Positions 57,065 to 64,000 of a DNA stretch of 64,000 bases are shown one piece after another. The notes under the pieces are model-generated. The model was not told the origin of the DNA. It made no database searches and saw only the letters and a list, made by a program, of their open reading frames with translations. Source of the DNA: Sulfuricurvum sp. (lineage in GTDB: Bacteria; Campylobacterota; Campylobacteria; Campylobacterales; Sulfurimonadaceae). The first letter of the stretch is position 1; each line of letters opens with the position of its first letter. Both the position numbers and the translations under genes were made by a program. The stretch is taken from contig JAQTTG010000005.1 of the NCBI GenBank assembly GCA_028710885.1, positions 1,483 through 65,482 of the forward strand, in the 5' to 3' direction.

Positions 57065-57742
57065 ATGTTAGAACGTCTTAAAGATAAAAAAATCCTTTTT
57101 CTTGAAGATAATATTGATTTCGCTCTAAATACAATTAGTTTATTACAAGTTTTTGTAAAAACAGTTCATCATGCTCAGACAATATCAGAAGCCAATTCTG
57201 TACTTATTACACGTGCTATAGATTTTATTATTTGTGATATAAAACTGAAAAATGAAAATGGACTTGATTTTATTCGTGATTTTAGAAAACATGATACCAA
57301 GATGCCAATTGTTATTATAAGCGGACACAAGGATGAAGAATTTTTGTTTCGTGCTATTCCTCTTGGTTTAACAGCGTATTTGCTAAAGCCGATTAAATAT
57401 GAGATGTTGATTGACACTCTAAAACGCTGTCTTGAATTGATTGAATTGAAACATTTGGAAAAAATTGAATTGAAAAATGGATGGTTTTTTGACAGTAAAA
57501 ACAGATGTATGGAAAAAGAGTCTCTAGTTTATACTCTTAATAAAAAAGAGTCTCTTTTTGCAGAACTTCTTTCCAAAAATCGTGATAGACTTATCACGAA
57601 AGATATGATAAATGTTATGGTTTGGCAATCTGAAGATATGTCTGACTCCGCACTTACCAATTTTATACTACGATTTCGTCGTCGTTTTGGCAAAGATATT
57701 ATTTTTACTATCCCTGATGTCGGATTTCGACTGAATACTTAA
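57065..57742 (+). CDS. OmpR-family response regulator
   Basis: LED, IICD, AYLLKP and C-terminal winged helix. Confidence 0.9.
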   Translation: MLERLKDKKILFLEDNIDFALNTISLLQVFVKTVHHAQTISEANSVLITRAIDFIICDIKLKNENGLDFIRDFRKHDTKMPIVIISGHKDEEFLFRAIPLGLTAYLLKPIKYEMLIDTLKRCLELIELKHLEKIELKNGWFFDSKNRCMEKESLVYTLNKKESLFAELLSKNRDRLITKDMINVMVWQSEDMSDSALTNFILRFRRRFGKDIIFTIPDVGFRLNT

Positions 57743-57746
57743 CTGC

Positions 57747-60173
57747 TTATTGAAAAATGACATGCGCACATAAACCTGAGCTATTATTATTCAGCTCTAA
57801 TATTGCATTGTATTTTGCTGTAATCTCATGGCACATTTGGAGGCCTAAACCGTTAGTTGGGATACTCATATCTATCCCTCCTCCATTGTCACAAAATATT
57901 ACCTCTTTATATGTAGCGTGGATTCTAATAGACGGGTTAGTGATTTGACGTGATTTCAAGATTTCTATTGAATTATTTATCAGATTGAGCCAAACTTGCA
58001 TCCACTCATTTTTTATTCCAGATATTTCGACAGTTTCATCTCCCGTAATTGTAATCATTATAGCATTATCTAAAATCTTTGTTTCGATAATAGAGAGAGT
58101 TCCATAAATTGATTCCATGAGATTAAATGTGGCGGGGATATCGCTTTTTTTATAAAATTCAAGAAAGTTTTGCATAGTATGGGACATAAATTCAAGTGTT
58201 TCTTCAATTTTTTCACATTGTTTGAGTAGTACTGTTTCATCGATTTTTCTTCCAGTTTTAAGGTTTGCCAAAGTGAGAAGATTAATAGAACTTAATTTTG
58301 AGAGCGGTTCACGCCATTGATGCGATATGTTAGCGATAAGATTTCCAATTTCTGCTTGTTTGCTTTTTTGTAAAACAATGTTGGCTTGTAGCAAATTTTT
58401 GGCTACTGCCTCTTTTACTTTTCGTCGTAAAAGTATGTTCCATACCATTAGTAAAACGCTAATAAGCGCAACAATCACGAGAACTCTAAGTATAATGGTT
58501 TTGTATGGATTTTGTTCATTGAGGACGGGAGCGTAGCGGTTGTAAATTTTTTGTATCATAACTGGATCGATTCCGACAACCAATTTTTCAAAAATATCGT
58601 GCAAAAGTGGTTCATCATTTCGAGTTCCTACTGCCAAATAGAGACTTTCTTTGAGTCGGGATGAGACCTTAAGTGTTCCTGTATGCTCTTTTTGAATATA
58701 GGAAGAGACAACCATTAGGTTATCTACATACCCATAAAGCTCTCCCGATTCAACACGTTTCAATCCATCGGTAATAGAGGTAACTTCGATAAGGTTGAGA
58801 TCGGGGTGGGTTAAGCGTAGCTCTTCTTCTATGGCATACCCCTTTACAACTCCCAGCTTTTTTTTGCCCAAGGAAGTAATATCTTCAATAAAGGGTTTAT
58901 CCATTTTAGTCGCCATGACAATGGGAACCGTTATGTAAGGAGAGGTGAAATCCATGTATCTTAGTCGTTCTGGAGTACTTGAAGCGAGTGATAGAATATC
59001 ACAATTATGATTTTTTATATCTTCTATTGACTCCTGCCATGATATAGTAGGGATGAGTTTAATGCGAGTTCCCAGTTGTTTTTCAAACTCTTTCATCACA
59101 TCTGCGGCAATTCCGATATGATGATTTTTTCGTATCGCTTCAAACGGATACCACTCGGGATCGACACACATCGTAATCTCTTTTTTGTTGAGGAGATACT
59201 GTTTTTGTGCCGTCGTCATTTGGATACCATGCACGGATGCGACGATATCTTTGAACATAAACTTTCCAAGCGGCTGATCGGAGGATATTCTCCCCGATTG
59301 TACGAGCTGTTTGTAAGCTCGAACCGTTAGCTCCTCATTCGCTTGACCTACCGGATAAAAATCGATCATCATCATTTTCTTGGTTACTTTATACTCATAC
59401 ATAAGGGCTTCTCGTGATTTGTCAGTATGATATTTTTTCAAAAGCAGATCGACCATTTCATCAGGGTGATTGAGAGCATACTGCCATCCTCGGTTGCTCG
59501 CATCGATAAACCGCTGTGTCCGTTCAGGATTTTCCAACGCTTCACTGTGAGAGGTAAAAAGATTGACCGCACTCATCATAAATCCGTAATCATACGGATC
59601 AAGAATAGTGTAGGGGATGTGACGACGATTAAGCTCATAAAGCTCATTTGAACGAAAAGCAGAAATCGCATCGATTTTTCCCTCAATGAAATCATTGAGA
59701 TTAAAAGAATTAGGTAATAGTATGGCATTATTTGCGGTAATACCAAAATGATTCAGCATCAGCCCCAGAGACGATGAACTAAATTCATCACTGGTTCCCA
59801 TAATTTTTTTCCCAATTAGATCAGCTGGATTATCAATTCCTTTTTGGACGGCAAAGACGAGAGGTGAGCGTTGGAAATAGGTTGCTAGCAAAACGACCGG
59901 AGCCGGTTTGTCTCCAGAGACGATGATACTGGTATTATAGGTTCCATACGTTGCTTTTCGATTGATAATATCCGAAGCGGTATCGACGCTGTTTTGGTAT
60001 TCACGCAATTCTACATCTAAACCTGCATCATGATAAAATCCTTTCTCTTTTGCCGCGATAAATCCTGCAAATTCGAACTGATATTTCCAATCTAGCTGAA
60101 GAGAAACTTTTTCGATATTTTTGTGTGATAAAAGAGAGCTAGTAATCAAAATGAGGATAAGTATAAAGCGCAA
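57747..60173 (-). CDS. Sensor histidine kinase with NMT1/THI5-like and PBP2 periplasmic domains
   Basis: LDWKYQFEFAGF..A.EKGFY; CVDPEWYPFE; TM; ISHQWREPL; DNGGG...GLGL. Confidence 0.85.
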   Translation of the reverse strand: MRFILILILITSSLLSHKNIEKVSLQLDWKYQFEFAGFIAAKEKGFYHDAGLDVELREYQNSVDTASDIINRKATYGTYNTSIIVSGDKPAPVVLLATYFQRSPLVFAVQKGIDNPADLIGKKIMGTSDEFSSSSLGLMLNHFGITANNAILLPNSFNLNDFIEGKIDAISAFRSNELYELNRRHIPYTILDPYDYGFMMSAVNLFTSHSEALENPERTQRFIDASNRGWQYALNHPDEMVDLLLKKYHTDKSREALMYEYKVTKKMMMIDFYPVGQANEELTVRAYKQLVQSGRISSDQPLGKFMFKDIVASVHGIQMTTAQKQYLLNKKEITMCVDPEWYPFEAIRKNHHIGIAADVMKEFEKQLGTRIKLIPTISWQESIEDIKNHNCDILSLASSTPERLRYMDFTSPYITVPIVMATKMDKPFIEDITSLGKKKLGVVKGYAIEEELRLTHPDLNLIEVTSITDGLKRVESGELYGYVDNLMVVSSYIQKEHTGTLKVSSRLKESLYLAVGTRNDEPLLHDIFEKLVVGIDPVMIQKIYNRYAPVLNEQNPYKTIILRVLVIVALISVLLMVWNILLRRKVKEAVAKNLLQANIVLQKSKQAEIGNLIANISHQWREPLSKLSSINLLTLANLKTGRKIDETVLLKQCEKIEETLEFMSHTMQNFLEFYKKSDIPATFNLMESIYGTLSIIETKILDNAIMITITGDETVEISGIKNEWMQVWLNLINNSIEILKSRQITNPSIRIHATYKEVIFCDNGGGIDMSIPTNGLGLQMCHEITAKYNAILELNNNSSGLCAHVIFQ

Positions 60174-60481
60174 ATTATAATCCTTTGTATTTTAATAAAA
60201 ATTTAGTTGATAGCTTGAATATGTAAATTATAAATGCTACAGGACTAATTTTAAAGTAGTTAATTATATCCATGATATTATAATTTACGATACGAGTGAG
60301 ATACGAAAAAGATATAATTATTGTGTTACAATATAAAAATGAATTTTACATGAATTTTTATGTCTTGATGAAAAAATAACACTTTCTATCAACATTTTGC
60401 GTACATTTGTTGTATACAATAACGGAAATTTAGTTTTCATCTATTAGAATATCTAACTTTAAAACGTAAAAGAGAGTAAAA

Positions 60482-61900
60482 ATGCAGAGCAACAAAGTTT
60501 TCTTTTCATCATTTGCCGCAATATTAGTCTTAGGTGCATTTTCATCTTTAAATGCATTAACATTGCAAGAAGGAGTTGATGAAGTTCTTTCTAGTCATCC
60601 GGTTGTATTGGAACAATTGCACAACTACCGTGCTACGTTGGAAGACTTGCGTACCACTGAAGCACAATACCTTCCTACATTAGACTATGAAGGGACAATA
60701 GCACGTGAAAAAACAAAAGCTCCTACAACGGCATTTGTTAGTCGATCATTAAGCAGTTATGAACACTCTTTAACTCTTTCACAAAACCTTTTTAACGGAT
60801 TCGGTACAACATACGAGGCTGATTATAATAAAGCACGTATCCTTGCAGCATCAAATCATTATGTTGAAAATGCAAATGATATAGCTTATAAATTTATCAA
60901 TGCCTATGTTAACGCTTTGAAAACGCGTGATTTACTTTGTATAGCAAAATCAAATGTACAGTTTAATGAAGATATCTATGCTAAAGTCAATAAACTTTAT
61001 GGTGCCGGTATGACAACCCGTTCAGAAGCGGAAAAAGCGGATACATCACTTTCTCTAGCTAAATCAAATTATATTGTTGCTAAAAATAATCTTGATGATG
61101 CTTTATTTAATTTGGAACGCGTATATGGAAAGCATATTAGTGCCGGTGAACTTCAAGATGCGACGTTTTCCGGTAATATTCCTGCCACATTAGAAGAGAT
61201 GAAAGCATACGCTCAAACTCATAATCCTTCTGTTCTGGTCAGTAACTATAATATTAAAGCGGCTAAAGCACAACGAGATGCTTCATATAAAAATTATTAT
61301 CCGAAAATAGATGCATTTGCCCGCCAAAGCTGGGGGAATAACCTCGGTGGCTTAGAAGGTCAGGATGATCGAACGAAACTTGGAATAAGTCTTTCTTACA
61401 ACCTTTATAGAGGTGGTGCGGATGAATCGCAAATCCAAAAGAATTTGAGTAGAATTTATCAAGAAAATGAAAATAAACGAGAAACTGTACGTAAGCTTGA
61501 TGAGCAGGGTGAACTCTCGTGGAGTGCTAAAACTTATTTGTCTGAACAACTCGCACAGCTTAAACGTTATGAAGAAACCAGTGCAAAAACACTTGAATTA
61601 TATCAAAAAGAGTATGATCTTGGTCGTCGTACATTGCTAGATCTTTTGGTCGCTCAAAATGATAATGTCGCAGCACAATCTCAAATTGTCCGTGCGGAAA
61701 ATGATCTCTTATTTGCTCATTATCGAATCTTAGATGCTATGGGATCTATGGTAGAAAATGTATTGGGTGCTAAAGCAGATCCATATATACAAAAAGGTGG
61801 GTTAACCGTATTAGATAATCGACTTGATAATGACACGAAAGTCGAAAACCTTATTTTTGCTGATCGTAAGATTGACAAATATAAACGAGATAGTGAATAA
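60482..61900 (+). CDS. TolC-family outer membrane protein of a type I secretion system
   Basis: Signal peptide; YLPTLD, YYPKID and EY.LGRRTLLDLL.AQN motifs (LapE/AggA type). Confidence 0.92.
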   Translation: MQSNKVFFSSFAAILVLGAFSSLNALTLQEGVDEVLSSHPVVLEQLHNYRATLEDLRTTEAQYLPTLDYEGTIAREKTKAPTTAFVSRSLSSYEHSLTLSQNLFNGFGTTYEADYNKARILAASNHYVENANDIAYKFINAYVNALKTRDLLCIAKSNVQFNEDIYAKVNKLYGAGMTTRSEAEKADTSLSLAKSNYIVAKNNLDDALFNLERVYGKHISAGELQDATFSGNIPATLEEMKAYAQTHNPSVLVSNYNIKAAKAQRDASYKNYYPKIDAFARQSWGNNLGGLEGQDDRTKLGISLSYNLYRGGADESQIQKNLSRIYQENENKRETVRKLDEQGELSWSAKTYLSEQLAQLKRYEETSAKTLELYQKEYDLGRRTLLDLLVAQNDNVAAQSQIVRAENDLLFAHYRILDAMGSMVENVLGAKADPYIQKGGLTVLDNRLDNDTKVENLIFADRKIDKYKRDSE

Positions 61901-61962
61901 TACGTAAAATTTTCCGCTTAAAGTAGGTAAAATTGGTATTTTTAAGATGAAGGTTAATAAAA

Positions 61963-64000
61963 ATGAGCGAGGAAATTGAAGGACGGATTGTTGATGCAGA
62001 AGGGGCGGCTTTTGGTGTAGATCCTTTATTACAATGTTTGGTCTTATTTACGCAACTTTATCATAAACCATACTCAGCTGAAGTTTTGATGGCTGGCTTA
62101 CCGATTTCGCCATGGGGTGGTGCGCTTAGTCTTTTCAGTTTAAAATCTTCGAAAGGGCTTTTTGCTCGTGCTGCAAGTCGCGCCGGATTAAAAAGTACAC
62201 TTGTCAGTCGAAAACTTCATGATATTTCTCCATTGCAGCTTCCGATGATTCTTTTGCTTGAAAATTCTCAAGCGTGTATTTTGGATTCTATATCTGCAGA
62301 CCGTATGACGTGCAAAATTATTTTACCTGCTGATGAAGCGATTGAAGAAACAGTTCCTTTTGAAATGCTTGATGGGGAATATACCGGTTTTGCATTTTTG
62401 GTAAAAAAACCTTTCGTTTATAATGAAAATGATGGATTAACTCTTAATGTAAAATACAAACATTGGTTTTGGGATACATTAAAACTTTCTAAAAATATTT
62501 ATCGGGATGTTATTTACGCAACAGTTTTAGTCAATCTTTTTGTGTTAGCAACACCTCTTTTTACTATGAGTGTTTATGATCGTGTTATACCTAATAATGC
62601 TACTGAAACATTATGGGTATTTGCTATTGGTGTATTAGTCATTTATGTTTTAGATACATTTTTAAAATTTACGCGTGCTATGTTATTGGAAAGTGCCGGT
62701 AAAAAAAGCGATGTTATTATGTCATCAATTATTTTTGAAAAGGTGCTTGATTTGAAAATGGCATCTCATCCAAAATCAGTTGGTTCATTTGCGAGTAATT
62801 TAAAAGATTTTGATTCAATACGTTCATTTTTAACCAATGCTACACTAACGGCATTGGTTGATTTTCCTTTTGCAGTTTTATTTTTATTGGTCATTGGCTA
62901 TATCGGTGGATGGATGGTGATGGTCCCTATCCTTATGATGATTTTAATTATAGCTTATGCGCTCTTTCTTCGTATTCCATTACGAGAGAGTATAGAGGAG
63001 AGTCATAAAGCATCAGCAGCTAAAAACTCGATACTTATAGAAGCATTACATAATATTGAGACGTTAAAAACATTGGGTGCAACCGGACAAGTACAATGGG
63101 CATGGGAAGAAGCAACGGGTGAAATTGCCCAAAAAAGTTTAAAATCAAGACTTATGTCTACATCTATTTCTACGGTAACCGGTTTTTTGACGCAGTTGAC
63201 AACAGTATTGTTGGTTATTTTTGGAGTCTATTTGATATCTGAACATGAACTAACGATGGGTGGGTTGATCGGAATCATTATTATCGCTGGACGCACCGTA
63301 GCACCTATGGGGCAAGTAGCTGCACTCATCTCTAATTATTCTGATGCAAAATCAGCATATGATGTATTGGATGGGATTATTTCGCAACCATCAGAACGTC
63401 CTCATGGCAAAAAATTTATTAATCGTCCAAAATTAAAGGGAGAGATAGAATTTAAAGATGTCTTTTTTGCCTATGACGAGTCAACACATAATGCATTGGA
63501 TGGAGTTTCATTTACGATTAAATCGGGTGAAAAGGTAGCGATTATCGGTCGTATTGGCTCGGGTAAAAGTACAATATCAAAACTTTTACTTCATTTATAT
63601 GAACCAACATCCGGATCAATTTTACTCGATGGTATCGATATAAAACAGATCGATCCTGCAGATTTACGGAAAAATATGGCATATGTAGCGCAGGATATTA
63701 TGCTTTTTAAAGGGAACGCAAAAGATAATATTGCTTATCGATCATCTCGGGTAAGTGATGAGCAAATGATTCGGGCATCTGTTATATCTGGAGCCGATGA
63801 ATTTATACGAAAACATCCGCAAGGGTATGAAATGCCAATCGGAGAGCGAGGCATGGGACTTTCAGGCGGTCAACGTCAAAGTATCGGTATTGCACGAGCA
63901 CTTTTATTTGAATCTCCAATCGTGATTATGGATGAACCAACCAATGCTATGGATCAGCTTAGTGAAAACCGTTTGATTGGAAATTTGAAAACCTATTTGG
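61963..64000 (+). CDS. Type I secretion permease/ATPase (LapB/HlyB-like), runs off the window
   Basis: Not in ORF track. Hand translation MSEEIEGR...DPLLQCL...; VYDRVIPN, GRIGSGKST, LSGGQRQ and MDEPT motifs. Confidence 0.93.
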   Translation, partial: MSEEIEGRIVDAEGAAFGVDPLLQCLVLFTQLYHKPYSAEVLMAGLPISPWGGALSLFSLKSSKGLFARAASRAGLKSTLVSRKLHDISPLQLPMILLLENSQACILDSISADRMTCKIILPADEAIEETVPFEMLDGEYTGFAFLVKKPFVYNENDGLTLNVKYKHWFWDTLKLSKNIYRDVIYATVLVNLFVLATPLFTMSVYDRVIPNNATETLWVFAIGVLVIYVLDTFLKFTRAMLLESAGKKSDVIMSSIIFEKVLDLKMASHPKSVGSFASNLKDFDSIRSFLTNATLTALVDFPFAVLFLLVIGYIGGWMVMVPILMMILIIAYALFLRIPLRESIEESHKASAAKNSILIEALHNIETLKTLGATGQVQWAWEEATGEIAQKSLKSRLMSTSISTVTGFLTQLTTVLLVIFGVYLISEHELTMGGLIGIIIIAGRTVAPMGQVAALISNYSDAKSAYDVLDGIISQPSERPHGKKFINRPKLKGEIEFKDVFFAYDESTHNALDGVSFTIKSGEKVAIIGRIGSGKSTISKLLLHLYEPTSGSILLDGIDIKQIDPADLRKNMAYVAQDIMLFKGNAKDNIAYRSSRVSDEQMIRASVISGADEFIRKHPQGYEMPIGERGMGLSGGQRQSIGIARALLFESPIVIMDEPTNAMDQLSENRLIGNLKTYL

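Noticed and set aside
1-64000. CRISPR array, rRNA, tRNA, IS element, dif site
   Set aside because: No regularly spaced repeats, cloverleaf or T-loop signatures, transposase ORFs, terminal inverted repeats with target duplication, or difH-like sequence recognised by eye

Overview
Chromosomal window from a free-living Campylobacterota bacterium, probably Sulfuricurvum/Sulfurimonas-like (inferred from HQWR-type kinases, TGnTATAAT promoters and the murJ-cysS-msbA-pyrD-M16-dapA synteny). (1) 1-2.0 kb: the 5' end of an integron-type cassette array on the minus strand, with no integrase in the window. It has one full-length AT-rich attC and one internally deleted attC whose ends match the aacA4-type attC as I recall it. 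(2) 2-22 kb: an accessory patchwork of small redox, flavin and stress genes. It includes MocR, three HxlR regulators, two nitroreductases, GNATs, a class D penicillin-binding/beta-lactamase protein, a stand-alone ribB under an FMN riboswitch, AraC-AKR, TetR-HPP, a DUF1566 lectin-fold gene followed by a 38-codon alternative C-terminal copy, and two pseudogenes. (3) 22-38 kb: malic enzyme, a hemerythrin-GAF-PAS-PAS-GGDEF-EAL-CZB protein, dnaE, an AT-rich islet (HEPN-like, Cys-rich secreted, YefM/YoeB, orphan antitoxin-like), M18 aminopeptidase, an FlgS-like kinase and a Cache-GGDEF-EAL protein. (4) 38-56 kb: core housekeeping block. (5) 56-64 kb: OmpA, a convergent two-component pair and the start of a type I secretion operon. 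I saw no rRNA, tRNA, CRISPR array, transposase, integrase or reverse transcriptase. All calls come from motif recognition by eye; no database searches were run.
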